From positions 18,456 to 82,455 of the forward strand of contig WQZN01000011.1 of assembly GCA_009780695.1 (NCBI GenBank): a stretch of 64,000 nt of DNA, written 5' to 3'. Positions 20,739 to 30,949 of the stretch are shown here, one piece after another (position 1 is the stretch's first letter; each line of letters starts with the position of its first letter). The position numbers were made by a program, and so were the translations under genes. The notes beneath the pieces were generated by a model. It did no database searches. It had not been told where the DNA came from and saw nothing but the letters and a program-made list of their open reading frames with translations. This stretch comes from Microbacteriaceae bacterium (lineage in GTDB: Bacteria > Actinomycetota > Actinomycetes > Actinomycetales > Microbacteriaceae).

Positions 20739-21928
20739 CTCTCACCCCCACCCGCGAGGACAAGTTCTCGTTCGGCCTGTGGACCGTCAACTACAACGGC
20801 ACGGACCCCTTCGGCGGCCCGACCCGCAACCACCTCGAGATCGAGCACGTCGTCGAGAAGCTCGCCGAGGTCGGCGCCTACGGCCTCACGTTCCACGATG
20901 ACGACCTGTTCCCGTTCGGCTCGAGCGACGCCGAGCGCGACGCCTACATCGAGCGCCTGAAGAAGGCCCTCGCCGAGACCGGCCTCATCGTCCCGATGGT
21001 GACCACCAACACCTTCTCGGCCCCCGTCTTCAAGGACGGCGGCGTGACCTCGAACGACCGCAACGTGCGTCGTTACACGCTGCGCAAGATCATCCGCCAG
21101 CTCGAGCTCGGCGTCGAGCTCGGTGCGAAGACCTTCGTCATGTGGGGCGGCCGCGAGGGCGCCGAGTACGACTCGGCCAAGAACATCCAGGCCGCTCTCG
21201 AGCGCTACCGCGAGGCCGCCAACTTCCTCGGCGACTACGTCCTCTCGCAGGGCTGGGACATCAAGTTCGCGATCGAGCCGAAGCCGAACGAGCCCCGCGG
21301 CGACATCCTGCTGCCGACGCTCGGCCACGCGATCGCGTTCATCGACTCGCTCGAGCACCCCGAGCTCGTGGGCCTCAACCCCGAGGTCGGCCACGAGCAG
21401 ATGGCTGGCCTGAACTTCACGTCGGGCATCGCCCAGGCGCTGTACCACGGCAAGCTCTTCCACATCGACCTGAACGGCCAGCGCGGCATCAAGTACGACC
21501 AGGACCTCGTCTTCGGTCACGGCGACCTGCACAACGCGTTCGCCCTCGTCGACCTGCTCGAGAACGGCGGCGTGAACGGCGGCCAGGCCTACACCGGCCC
21601 CCGCCACTTCGACTACAAGCCGTCGCGCACCGAGGACGAGCGCGGTGTCTGGGACTCGGCTCGCGCCAACATCCAGAACTACCTGCTCCTCAAGGAGCGC
21701 GCCGCGGCGTTCCGCGCCGACCCCGAGGTCCAGGAGGCCCTCGAGGCCGCCAAGGTCTTCGAGCTCGAGAAGAGCACCCTCAACGAGGGCGAGACCATCG
21801 AGTCGCTCAAGGCCGACCGCAGCACGTGGGAGGACTTCGACGCCAACGCCTACCTCGGCGGCAACGGCTTCGGCTTCGTCCGCCTGCAGGCCCTCGCGAC
21901 CGAGCACCTGCTCGGCGCCCGCGGCTAG
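20735..21928 (+). CDS. xylA: Xylose isomerase (class I)
   Basis: [49 protein letters not shown]. Confidence 0.97.
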   Translation: MTLTPTREDKFSFGLWTVNYNGTDPFGGPTRNHLEIEHVVEKLAEVGAYGLTFHDDDLFPFGSSDAERDAYIERLKKALAETGLIVPMVTTNTFSAPVFKDGGVTSNDRNVRRYTLRKIIRQLELGVELGAKTFVMWGGREGAEYDSAKNIQAALERYREAANFLGDYVLSQGWDIKFAIEPKPNEPRGDILLPTLGHAIAFIDSLEHPELVGLNPEVGHEQMAGLNFTSGIAQALYHGKLFHIDLNGQRGIKYDQDLVFGHGDLHNAFALVDLLENGGVNGGQAYTGPRHFDYKPSRTEDERGVWDSARANIQNYLLLKERAAAFRADPEVQEALEAAKVFELEKSTLNEGETIESLKADRSTWEDFDANAYLGGNGFGFVRLQALATEHLLGARG

Positions 21929-21945
21929 GCATCACCCTTTATCAC

Positions 21946-22045
21946 TGCGCACAACTCCTGAGCGAAGTGGCGAGCACCGAGGCCGGGTCGCGGTTTTCCG
22001 CGGCCCGGCCTCGTGCCGTCTCTGCACCATCAGGAGTTGTGCGCA
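21946..22045. repeat. 100-bp REP/MITE-like element with 16-bp terminal inverted repeats
   Basis: TGCGCACAACTCCTGA...TCAGGAGTTGTGCGCA enclosing an internal GC hairpin. Confidence 0.7.
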
Positions 22046-22069
22046 CTCCCCCTGCTTGAGAGGAACCAC

Positions 22070-23482
22070 ATGACTCTGGTCGCCGGCGTCGACTCGTCGA
22101 CGCAGTCCTGCAAGGTCGTCATCCGCGACCTCGAGACCGGTGCGCTCGTGCGCAGCGGCCGCGCCTCCCACCCGGACGGCACCGAGGTCGACCCCGCGGC
22201 CTGGTGGCGTGCTCTTAATGAAGCTGTCGAGGCTGCCGGCGGCTTCGACGACGTCGCCGCCGTGTCGATCGCGGGCCAACAGCACGGCATGGTCGTGCTC
22301 GACGCCGAGGGCCGCGTCATCCGCGACGCCCTGCTCTGGAACGACACGCGCTCGGCCGACGCCGCCGCCGCTCTGACCGCCGAGGTGACCGCCGAGGGCT
22401 ACGCGCAGCGCGCGGGCCTCGTGCCGGTCGCGTCGTTCACCGCGACGAAGCTGCGCTGGCTCAAGGACAACGAGCCCGAGAACGCAGCCCGCGTCGCGGC
22501 CGTCGCGCTCCCCCACGACTGGCTGACCTGGCGTCTGCTCGGCTACGGCCCCGCCGGCGAGTCCGAGCTCGGCCCCGTGCTCGAGGCGCTCGTTACCGAC
22601 CGCTCCGACGCGTCGGGCACGGCATACTGGTCGCCCTTCACGAACGACTACGACTACGACCTGCTCGAGCGCGCGCTCGGCCGCCGCGACGTCGTGCTGC
22701 CGCGCGTGCTCGGCCCGGGCGAGGCCGCGGGGAAGACCCCGGCCGGCGTGCTCGTCGGCCCCGGCGCCGGCGACAACGCGGGTGCGGCCCTCGGCCTCGG
22801 CGCGGCGTCGGGCGACGTCGTCGTCTCGCTCGGCACCTCGGGCACCGTGTTCGCCGTCGCGGACGAGCCGAGTGCGGATGCCACCGGCACGGTCGCGGGC
22901 TTCGCCGACGCCTCGGGCCACTTCCTCCCCATCGTCGTGACGCTCAACGCCGCGCGCGTGCTCGTCTCGGCGACGACGCTGCTCGGCGTCGACTTCGACG
23001 GCCTCTCCGAGCTCGCGCTCGCCGCGCAGCCGGGCAGCGACGGCGTCGTGCTCGTGCCCTACTTCGAGGGTGAGCGCACCCCGAACCTGCCGACCGCGAA
23101 GGCGTCGTTCCACGGCCTCTCGCTCGCGTCGACCACGCGCGAGAACATCGCACGTGCGTCGATCGAGGGCATGCTCTCGGGCCTCGGCGCGGGGCTCGAC
23201 GCCGTGCGCGACGCGGGCGTCGAGGTCGGCCGCGTGCTGCTCATCGGCGGCGCCGCGCAGAACCCGGCCGTCCAGGCCGTCGCGGCGCAGGTGTTCGACG
23301 CGCCCGTCGTCGTGCCCGAGCCGGGCGAGTACGTCGCCGACGGTGGCGCCGTGCAGGCCGCGTGGGCCCTCACGGGTGCGCGGCCGTCGTGGGAGGTGTC
23401 GGTCTCGGCATCCCCCGAGCGCGACTTCCGCCCCGAGATCGCCGAGCAGTATCACCGCTATGCGGACGCGCTGTTGAAGTAG
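22070..23482 (+). CDS. xylB: Xylulokinase (FGGY family)
   Basis: [45 protein letters not shown]; adjacent to xylA. Confidence 0.95.
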   Translation: MTLVAGVDSSTQSCKVVIRDLETGALVRSGRASHPDGTEVDPAAWWRALNEAVEAAGGFDDVAAVSIAGQQHGMVVLDAEGRVIRDALLWNDTRSADAAAALTAEVTAEGYAQRAGLVPVASFTATKLRWLKDNEPENAARVAAVALPHDWLTWRLLGYGPAGESELGPVLEALVTDRSDASGTAYWSPFTNDYDYDLLERALGRRDVVLPRVLGPGEAAGKTPAGVLVGPGAGDNAGAALGLGAASGDVVVSLGTSGTVFAVADEPSADATGTVAGFADASGHFLPIVVTLNAARVLVSATTLLGVDFDGLSELALAAQPGSDGVVLVPYFEGERTPNLPTAKASFHGLSLASTTRENIARASIEGMLSGLGAGLDAVRDAGVEVGRVLLIGGAAQNPAVQAVAAQVFDAPVVVPEPGEYVADGGAVQAAWALTGARPSWEVSVSASPERDFRPEIAEQYHRYADALLK

Positions 23483-23544
23483 GCGTCGCCAGCGCGGAGG
23501 CGCCCCGGAGCTGAGTGGCTCCAGGGCGCCTCCGTGTTCGGGCC

Positions 23545-23871
23545 TCAGGCGGCGAGGATGCCGGCGAGCTCGTGCTCGAGCGCGGGCCTCGGCTTCGCCC
23601 CGAGGATGCTCTTCACGACCTCGCCGCCCTGGAACACCTTCATCGCCGGCACCGCGAGCACCTGGAAGCGCGCGGCCGTCGCGGGGTTCTCGTCGACGTT
23701 CAGCTTGACGACCGTGAGGCGCCCGGGGTGCGCGGCGGCGATCGCGTCGAGGATCGGCGAGAGCATGCGGCACGGGCCGCACCACTGCGCCCAGAACTCG
23801 ACGAGCACGGGGCCGTCGGCCGCGAGCACGACCTCGTCGAAGTCGGCGTCGGTCACGTCATGGGCGGTCAT
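23545..23871 (-). CDS. trxA: Thioredoxin
   Basis: FWAQWCGPC, KLNVDENP; ATGA-coupled to the MerR gene. Confidence 0.92.
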   Translation of the reverse strand: MTAHDVTDADFDEVVLAADGPVLVEFWAQWCGPCRMLSPILDAIAAAHPGRLTVVKLNVDENPATAARFQVLAVPAMKVFQGGEVVKSILGAKPRPALEHELAGILAA

Positions 23872-24296
23872 CGGTTCTCCTCGTCGTCCGGTGCGGGCGA
23901 CGAGGCATCCGCCCGCGCCCACGGGTTGGTCTGCGCACAGCTGATCAGGTCGACGCAGCGCTCGTCGATCGCGGCTTGCAGCGACTCGGCCATGTCGCGC
24001 AGCTCGGCGATGCGCGCGTGCACGTCCGCGAGCTTCGCCTGCGCGCGCTCGGCCAGCGTGTCGGTCGCGGCGCCCGCACGGCGCGCGAGCATGTCTGCCA
24101 CCTCGTCGAGCGTGAAGCCGAGCGCCTGCGCGGCCTTGACGACGCGGATGACGGTGACAGCGTGCTCGTCATAACTGCGGTGGCCGCCGAGCGTGCGAAG
24201 CGGCTCGGCGAGCAGCCCGCGGCGCTCGTAGTAGCGCAACGTCTCGACGTTCACACCCGCCCGCGCGGCGACCTCGCCGACCCTCAACCCGCTCAT
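23868..24296 (-). CDS. MerR-family regulator
   Basis: GEVAARAGVNVETLRYYERRGLL, LGFTLDEV; C-terminal CxxxxxC. Confidence 0.92.
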   Translation of the reverse strand: MSGLRVGEVAARAGVNVETLRYYERRGLLAEPLRTLGGHRSYDEHAVTVIRVVKAAQALGFTLDEVADMLARRAGAATDTLAERAQAKLADVHARIAELRDMAESLQAAIDERCVDLISCAQTNPWARADASSPAPDDEENR

Positions 24297-24302
24297 GACT
24301 TC

Positions 24303-24334
24303 ACGCTAAGCCCGTACCCGGGTACGGATTGCAA
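24303..24334 (-). promoter_or_regulatory. MerR-type promoter/operator
   Basis: TTGCAA-20 bp-TAGCGT with the palindrome CCGTACCCGGGTACGG in the spacer; ATG follows 6 nt after the -10. Confidence 0.85.
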
Positions 24335-24365
24335 CCCGGCTCTCGCCCGCTCCCCCTTCTGTCTG

Positions 24366-24496
24366 CGCGGCGTCACTTGTTGCGGGAATCCGGCGCGTAT
24401 TCCCACATCACCTGACGCCCGGCCGCCGAGGCCGGAGCGTGCGGCGTCGCGTGATGTCGGAACCTCGGCCCTGATCCGGCATTAAGTGACGCCGCG
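24366..24496. repeat. 131-bp REP/MITE-like element with 13-bp terminal inverted repeats
   Basis: CGCGGCGTCACTT...AAGTGACGCCGCG, intergenic. Confidence 0.55.
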
Positions 24497-24520
24497 GAAA
24501 GGCACGGGCGCGGGCGCCCC

Positions 24521-25633
24521 CTAGAAGCGCTGCGCGAGAGCGCGGCCCGCGGCCTCGGCCCAGAGGGCGGGCTCGGCGAGCGCGGCATCCGACGACCCGG
24601 CGAGGTCCGAGAGCGACACCGCAGCGGCGAAGGCGGTGGTCGGGGCCTGGATCGCCCCCGCGGCGAGCGCGACCGGCACCCCTGCCGCCGCGGCGAGCGC
24701 GGCCACATGGGTCGGCGCCTTGCCCGCCTCGGACTGGCCGTCGAAGCGTCCCTCCCCCGTGATGACGAGGTCGGCGCCCGCGATCGTGTCGGCGAGCCCG
24801 ATGGCGGATGCCACGGCCGGCGCCCCCGGCGAGAGCTCGGCGCCCCACGCGAGCAGCCCGAAGGCCGAGCCGCCGGCGGCGCCGGCCCCGGGCGTCTCGG
24901 CGAGCACGGCACCGTTCGGCACCGCGGCGGCGAGACGCGCGAGGTTCGCGTCGAGGGCGCGGGTCGCGACCTCCGACGTCGCGCCCTTCTGCGGGCCGAA
25001 GACCGCGGCCGCGCCGCGCGGCCCGAGCAGCGGGTTGTCGACATCCGTCAGCACCACCGCACCGGCCGGCGGCAGCGGCACCACGTCGGCGAACGACACG
25101 TTCGCCACCACGCCCGCGCCGAGATTGCCGTGCGCGACGGGGGCGCCCGAGGCATCCGTCAGCCGCGCCCCCATCGCCGTCAGCGCGCCCACGCCGCCGT
25201 CGGTCGAGGCGCTGCCGCCGACCGCGATCAGCAGCCGCGAGACGCCGAGCGTCACGGCCGCCGTGATCGCCTGGCCGAGACCGAAGGTGTGCGCGTCGAA
25301 GGGCCGCAGGCCCGAGCGCATGAGCGTGATGCCGCTCGTCGCGGCGAGTTCGACGACGCCCGTGCCGCCGGGCAGCTCGGGGGTGGGCGGCAGCAGCAGC
25401 CAGTGCGTGAGCACCGGCTGATCGTCGGGGCCGACCACCATCACGGGCTCACGGCGCGCGCCGGGCACGGCGGCCTCGAAGGCGTCGAGACTGCCCTCGC
25501 CGCCGTCGGCCATCGGCTCGAGCACGATCTCGTCACCCGGGCGCTCGGCGAGCCACCCGGCCCGCAGCGCCTCTGCGACCTCGCGGGCCGTGAGCGTGCC
25601 TTTGAACGAGTCCGGGGCGATGACGACGCGCAT
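24521..25633 (-). CDS. glxK: Glycerate kinase (GlxK family)
   Basis: IAPDSFKG, PMADGGEG, GGSASTDGG, DVDNPLLG, VFGPQKGA, TGEGRFD. Confidence 0.92.
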   Translation of the reverse strand: MRVVIAPDSFKGTLTAREVAEALRAGWLAERPGDEIVLEPMADGGEGSLDAFEAAVPGARREPVMVVGPDDQPVLTHWLLLPPTPELPGGTGVVELAATSGITLMRSGLRPFDAHTFGLGQAITAAVTLGVSRLLIAVGGSASTDGGVGALTAMGARLTDASGAPVAHGNLGAGVVANVSFADVVPLPPAGAVVLTDVDNPLLGPRGAAAVFGPQKGATSEVATRALDANLARLAAAVPNGAVLAETPGAGAAGGSAFGLLAWGAELSPGAPAVASAIGLADTIAGADLVITGEGRFDGQSEAGKAPTHVAALAAAAGVPVALAAGAIQAPTTAFAAAVSLSDLAGSSDAALAEPALWAEAAGRALAQRF

Positions 25634-25715
25634 GCGTCCATCCTGGCGCAAGCCCGGGTGCGGAGGTCTCGCCGAGGGCGCCCGCGGCGGGACCTCCGCG
25701 CCCCGGAACGCCGCG

Positions 25716-26606
25716 TCAGCGGAAGGTGCCCTGCGAGACCGAGCCCGACAGGGTGCGCTGGAAGATGACGTAGACGATCAGGACGGGGATGACGGTCATG
25801 ACGACCGCCGCGAACAGGGCCCCGTAGTCGACGGCGTAGCCCGCCTGCGACGCGAACGACGCCATCGCCTGCGTCAGCACGTAGTTGCTCTGGTCGGTGT
25901 TGAGCGCCACGGGCAGCAGGAACTGGTTCCACAGGCCGAGGAAGTTGAAGATCGCGACCGAGGCCATGCCGGGGCGCGCCATCGGCAGCATCACCTGGAA
26001 GAACGCGCGCCAGTCCCCCGCGCCGTCGATCAACGCGGCCTCGTAGACGTCGTCGGGCAGCGACCGGAAGAAGGAGTAGAGGAAGAACACCGTGAACGGC
26101 AGGGCGAACGCGACGTAGGTCAGCACCAGCCCGGGCAGCGTGTTGAGCAGCCCCATGTTCTTCAGCACGAAGAACAACGGCACGATCGCGAGGAACACCG
26201 GGAAGGTGAGGCCCGCGAGCATCAGGTAGTAGATCGCGCGTGCCCCGAAGAACTTGAACCGCGCGAGCACGTAGGCGCACATGGCCCCGAGCAGCATCAC
26301 GATCACGAGGGCGCTCACGACGACGACGATCGTGTTCAGGTAGAACTGGCCGATGCCCGAGTCGGTCCAGGCCTTCGCGTAGTTCACGAACTGCCAGTGC
26401 TGCGGCAGGGAGAACGGCGAGGCCAGGATCTCCTTCGAGGTCTTGAACGACGACAGCAGCACCCAGAGGAACGGCACGATCACGATGACCGAGAGGATGC
26501 CGAGCAGCACGTGCGAGACCGAGGCGACGGCCACGTCGCCCGGGCCGGACCGGACCGCGCGGGTGGCGGGCGCCCGACGTCCTGCGTCCTGTGCGACGGC
26601 GCTCAT
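25716..26606 (-). CDS. Sugar ABC permease (NgcG-like)
   Basis: YEAALIDGA, LWNQFLLP. Confidence 0.9.
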   Translation of the reverse strand: MSAVAQDAGRRAPATRAVRSGPGDVAVASVSHVLLGILSVIVIVPFLWVLLSSFKTSKEILASPFSLPQHWQFVNYAKAWTDSGIGQFYLNTIVVVVSALVIVMLLGAMCAYVLARFKFFGARAIYYLMLAGLTFPVFLAIVPLFFVLKNMGLLNTLPGLVLTYVAFALPFTVFFLYSFFRSLPDDVYEAALIDGAGDWRAFFQVMLPMARPGMASVAIFNFLGLWNQFLLPVALNTDQSNYVLTQAMASFASQAGYAVDYGALFAAVVMTVIPVLIVYVIFQRTLSGSVSQGTFR

Positions 26607-27688
26607 CGCGTGCTCCCTTCCCGGCGCTCGGACGCGAAGGCGACGGCGGCGGCGGGGGTCGCCACCCGGCCGCGCCGCGTCCGCGGAGCGCGGGGCCGGC
26701 GCGCGGCATCCCCGCCGCCCGTCAGCCGGTTCACCGTGAAGACGATCGCCGCGAACAGCAGCGTCACCGCCGCGAGCACCACGCCCATGGCGGTGGCATA
26801 GCCGAACTGGCCCTTGCGGAATGCGACGTTGAAGAGTTCCTGGCTCATGGTCAGGGTCGTGTTGTTCGGGCCGCCGCCCGCGTTCATCGCCTGCATGTAG
26901 ACGAACGCGTCGAGCGCCGCGATGCCGAGGTAGATGTAGGCGGTCTGCACGTTGTCGCGGATGAGCGGGACCGTCACCGAGACGGCCGTGCGGAAGCGGC
27001 CCGCGCCGTCGAGCCGAGCGGCCTCGTACGTCTCCGCGGGCACGCCCTTGATGGCGGCGACGAAGAGCACCGTGTAGAAGCCGATGAAGCTCCAGATGAT
27101 GACCCACATCGATGCAGGCATGGCCGTCGCGACGACGCCGAGCCACGCGAAGTTGGCGAAGCCGTGCAGCCCGATGCCGGTGAGGAAGCCGTTCAGCAGC
27201 CCGGCCGCGGGGTCGTAGACCTGCGCCCAGATGAGGCCGATCACGATCGCCGGCACGCAGTAAGGGAAGAACGAGACGACGCGATAGAAGCCGGCGGCGC
27301 GGATGCCCCGCACCGCCCCCTTGCTGGAACCGGCGACCGTGACCAGTGAGGCGATCGCGAGCGCGATGACGATCGTGACGAACGGCACGACGAGCGCCAG
27401 CAGCACGTTGTTGCGCAGCGCCTGCAGGAAGGTGCTGTCCTGGAAGAGCTTCACGTAATTGCTGAGCCCGACGAAGCCCATGAGCGGCGAGAAGCCGGTC
27501 CAGTTCGTCATCGAGTAGTAGACCGCCTGGACGAACGGCGAGATCACGAAGACGACGAAGATCGCGAGCGGCAGGATCAGGAAGACCGCCATGAACGAGA
27601 TGCGGTCGAAGCTGTAGTTGCGGATGCGGCGGCGCCGGGCGGCGGGCACCCGCCCGCCACCCGGCTTCGACGCGGTGTTCACGTTCAA
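26603..27688 (-). CDS. Sugar ABC permease (NgcF-like)
   Basis: YEAARLDGA, QTAYIYLGIAALDAF. Confidence 0.9.
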   Translation of the reverse strand: MNVNTASKPGGGRVPAARRRRIRNYSFDRISFMAVFLILPLAIFVVFVISPFVQAVYYSMTNWTGFSPLMGFVGLSNYVKLFQDSTFLQALRNNVLLALVVPFVTIVIALAIASLVTVAGSSKGAVRGIRAAGFYRVVSFFPYCVPAIVIGLIWAQVYDPAAGLLNGFLTGIGLHGFANFAWLGVVATAMPASMWVIIWSFIGFYTVLFVAAIKGVPAETYEAARLDGAGRFRTAVSVTVPLIRDNVQTAYIYLGIAALDAFVYMQAMNAGGGPNNTTLTMSQELFNVAFRKGQFGYATAMGVVLAAVTLLFAAIVFTVNRLTGGGDAARRPRAPRTRRGRVATPAAAVAFASERREGSTR

Positions 27689-29100
27689 GACGTGACCTGG
27701 AGCTTCGGGATCGAGGAGTCGGCGGCGATCTTGTCGCTGATCTGCTGCAGCCCCTTGGTGAGGGCCGCCGTGTCCGACTGGCCCGACAGGAACGAGTTCC
27801 AGAGCACCAGCTGGTCCTGGTTCATCCCGTAGAAGTCGAGGAACTGGTAGTTGAAGACATTGGTGCCCGCGGCATCCAGCATCTTCGTCTGCGACACGAG
27901 CGCGGTCGAGCCGAAGCCGTCGGCGGGCACGAGGCCCTTGACGATGGTGGGCGCGAGGCGTGTCTTCGAGAAGTTGGTCGCGGCGTCCTTCGAGAGCATC
28001 GCGCGCATGATCTCCTTGCCGCCCGCGACGTTCTTCGCCTGGCTCGGCACGATGTAGGGCTCACCCGCGGCCGAGCGCAGCGCCTCGTACGGCAGCGCCG
28101 GCGAGGAGGTGACGGTGAAGGTCGGAGCGCCCGTCATCTTGAAGCCGGCCTTGGTGGCCTGCTTCATCTCGTTCTCGATCCAGCCGCCCGAGGGGTAGAG
28201 AACGGCCAGCTGGTCGTTGGACCACTTGGCCTGCGCCGCCGTGAACTGCGTGCCCGCGCCGCCGGGGACGAAGTAGCCGGCCTTGACCGCGGCCTCGATC
28301 TTCTTGAAGACATCCTGGATTGGCTGAGCCGACCACGCGCCCGGTTTGAGGCTCTCGAGGTCGATGCGGACCTGCTGACCGCCCTCCTTGATCGCCGAGT
28401 CGAGAGCGAAGGTGAGGTAGTAGGTCGCGGCCTCCTTGCCCCAGACGAAGAGGTACTTGCCCATCGCCTTCGCCTTGGCGCCCAGGGCGAGTGCGTCGTC
28501 CCAGGTCTTCGGAACCGTCCAGCCGTTCTGCTCGAAGAGCGATGCCGAGTACCAGACGCCGTAGACCGTCATCACGTAGTTCATCGCGATGAACTTGCCC
28601 GAGAACGTGCCGGGCTCCTTCACCGCGGGGTACAGCGTGTCGGAGATCTTCGTGCCCTCGTAGTTGTTCGCCTCGAAGACGTCGTCGAGCGTCTCGAGCT
28701 GGGACGCGATCGTGTTGAAGCCGATGTTGTTGGCACCCGAGTTGTCGATGAGGTCGGGCGGGTTGCCGCCGACGAACCGCGGCTGCAGCTCCTGGGCGAT
28801 CTGGGTCGAGGGCGAGACCTTGGCCGTCACCTTCGGGAACTGCTTCTTCACCTGGTCGGCGGCGAACTGCACGTAGTCGTAGCCGTAGCCGCCGTTGAAG
28901 ATGACCGCTTCGATCGAGGACGTCTCCGCGAGGCCGAAGGGGTTCTTCGCGCTCTTCGTGCCGGTGGTCGCGGTCGTGTTGCCGCCGCCGCTGGGCGCAG
29001 CGCACGACGACAGCACCCCTGCCAGGGGCAGGAGCACCGCGGTGGCGAGCGCGCCGTTCACGAAGGTTCGTCGGTTGATGCGTGCTGGTGTTTCAGACAT
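27685..29100 (-). CDS. GlcNAc/chitobiose ABC substrate-binding lipoprotein (NgcE-like, Tat)
   Basis: NRRTF twin-Arg, LSSC lipobox, KNPFG..VIFNGGYG, LQPRFVGGNPPDLIDNSGA. Confidence 0.8.
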   Translation of the reverse strand: MSETPARINRRTFVNGALATAVLLPLAGVLSSCAAPSGGGNTTATTGTKSAKNPFGLAETSSIEAVIFNGGYGYDYVQFAADQVKKQFPKVTAKVSPSTQIAQELQPRFVGGNPPDLIDNSGANNIGFNTIASQLETLDDVFEANNYEGTKISDTLYPAVKEPGTFSGKFIAMNYVMTVYGVWYSASLFEQNGWTVPKTWDDALALGAKAKAMGKYLFVWGKEAATYYLTFALDSAIKEGGQQVRIDLESLKPGAWSAQPIQDVFKKIEAAVKAGYFVPGGAGTQFTAAQAKWSNDQLAVLYPSGGWIENEMKQATKAGFKMTGAPTFTVTSSPALPYEALRSAAGEPYIVPSQAKNVAGGKEIMRAMLSKDAATNFSKTRLAPTIVKGLVPADGFGSTALVSQTKMLDAAGTNVFNYQFLDFYGMNQDQLVLWNSFLSGQSDTAALTKGLQQISDKIAADSSIPKLQVTS

Positions 29101-29148
29101 CGTCGTCTGCCTTTCATCCATACCGGATCGGTGTGCGAGTGGGGTCGG

Positions 29149-29904
29149 TCATGCGAGGTGCCCGATGCGTTCTCCGTATCGGGACTGCAGGGCCTGGTTG
29201 TGCTCGTCGCCCTCGGGGATGTTCGCCGAGATGAACAGGGGCGGGGTCTCCCCCGCGGCCTGCACGCGCTCGGCGGCGCCGATGGTCAGCAGCTGGGCGA
29301 TGAAGGCCGCTGTCAGTGAAGAGACGGCACCGACCCCGAGCCCGCCGTCGAGCTCGAGTGTGGTGTCGCCGTAGGGTGCGAGGTTGTCGATCACGACATC
29401 CGCGACCTCCGAGAGGCGTTTTCCGCTCGGATGTTTGGGGGCGACGGCCTGCGTGTGCTGCAGGCTCGTCACCGCGATGACCCGGTGCCCTTCGGCCTGC
29501 GCCTTGAGGGCGAGCCCGACGATCGAGCCGTTCACGCCCGAGTTCGACGCGATGAGGAACACGTCGGCGGGGCGGATGTCGTAGATCGACCACAGGTCGT
29601 CGACGACCGAGCCGTCGCGCTCGATCGTGCCGCCCCGCAGTACGTCGAGGGGTCGCTTGCCCGTGAGCACGAGGTCGCGCAGGGCGAGCGCGTGCGTCGG
29701 GATCAGCCCGCCGGCACGCCCCGCGATCTCCATTGCGAAGGCCTGCGAATGCCCCGTGCCGAAGGCCTGCAGCACGCCGCCCGCCCGCAGCGATGCCGCG
29801 AGCAGGTCGATCGCGGCATCGAGTCCGCCGGCACGCGCGGTGTCGGCGATCGCGTCGAGGCGCGACTGCGTCTCGCGCTGGAAGCGGGTCACGAGGTCGG
29901 GCAT
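29149..29904 (-). CDS. SIS-domain phosphosugar protein (UPF0309/NagS-like)
   Basis: FGTGHS, RAGGL, SNSGVN, HPSGKRL..ADVVIDN..PYGD, FISAN. Confidence 0.8.
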   Translation of the reverse strand: MPDLVTRFQRETQSRLDAIADTARAGGLDAAIDLLAASLRAGGVLQAFGTGHSQAFAMEIAGRAGGLIPTHALALRDLVLTGKRPLDVLRGGTIERDGSVVDDLWSIYDIRPADVFLIASNSGVNGSIVGLALKAQAEGHRVIAVTSLQHTQAVAPKHPSGKRLSEVADVVIDNLAPYGDTTLELDGGLGVGAVSSLTAAFIAQLLTIGAAERVQAAGETPPLFISANIPEGDEHNQALQSRYGERIGHLA

Positions 29905-30866
29905 CAGGCCACGCTTCCTTCCTGCCGGGTCGAGCGCGGCATCGGCGACCGCTGACCGCCGCGCAGCGGCCGCCGATGCGGCGAGACGGCCGCCGCCGAC
30001 GCCGCGAGCTTGGTCGTCGTGCGCGCGAAGTCCTGCTGGGCGACGAGCAGGTACAGCAGGTCGATCGCGAGCAGCTGCGCGTGCTTGGCCGAGAGGTCGT
30101 CGGGCTGCAGGTAGTCGCCGGGCGCGAAGGCGATGAGATGCAGGTCGGCGAGGGATGCCAGGGGCGAACCCGGATTGCCCGTGATGGCCACAGCGAGCGC
30201 CCCCGCCGACTTCGCGAGGGCGAGCATCTCGATCGTCTCGGCCGTGCGCCCGGTGTTCGACACCGCGATCGCGACCGACCGCGTGTCGAGCACGGCGCCG
30301 CTCGTGAGGCCGTCGTGCACCTCGGTCCACGCATGCGCGTTGATGCCGATGCGATAGAGCCGCGCCTGCAGCTCCTTCGCGATCATCGCACTGCCGCCGA
30401 TGCCGTAGATGTCCAGGTGCCGGCACGCGGCGACCGCCTGAGCCACACGGCGGGCCGCGTCGTGGTCGAGCCGCTTGGCGGTCGATTCGAGGGCGACGGC
30501 GTGCGCCGCGAGCAGTGCACCGAGCATCACCTCGGAGGTGTCGCCCGGTTGGAAGACGCGCCCGATGTCGCTGCGCCAGGTCTCATGAGCGCTCGAGCGG
30601 CCGAGCTCGGCGGCGATGCCGACCCGCAGCGCCGGGTAGCCGGCGTAGCCGACGGAGCGGCAGAACCGCGTCACGGTCGCAGGTGACGTGCCCGCACGGA
30701 TCGCGAGCTCGGTGATCGAGAGCTCGAGCGCGGCGGCGGGGTGCTCGATGATGAGCCGCCCGATCTTGCGCATGGCGACGGACATGTGCGGCAGCGCGGC
30801 CTGCACACGCAGGTCGACCCCGATGTCGCCGTCGCCGGGCCGCGACGGACCCGAAACTTTCGCCAT
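29904..30866 (-). CDS. RpiR/MurR-family regulator
   Basis: SITELA..AGTSPATVTRFCRSVGYAGY; SIS domain with SNTGRT. Confidence 0.92.
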   Translation of the reverse strand: MAKVSGPSRPGDGDIGVDLRVQAALPHMSVAMRKIGRLIIEHPAAALELSITELAIRAGTSPATVTRFCRSVGYAGYPALRVGIAAELGRSSAHETWRSDIGRVFQPGDTSEVMLGALLAAHAVALESTAKRLDHDAARRVAQAVAACRHLDIYGIGGSAMIAKELQARLYRIGINAHAWTEVHDGLTSGAVLDTRSVAIAVSNTGRTAETIEMLALAKSAGALAVAITGNPGSPLASLADLHLIAFAPGDYLQPDDLSAKHAQLLAIDLLYLLVAQQDFARTTTKLAASAAAVSPHRRPLRGGQRSPMPRSTRQEGSVA

Positions 30867-30949
30867 TGAAACCTCATGTCACCGTTGACGTGATGTGTGA
30901 AAACTATTCTCTTACCCGCCCCCTTTACAAGGGGGCCCGGGTCCGAAGA

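Noticed and set aside
23868-24296. Mercury resistance operon
   Set aside because: No merA/T/P genes and the third Hg-binding Cys is missing.
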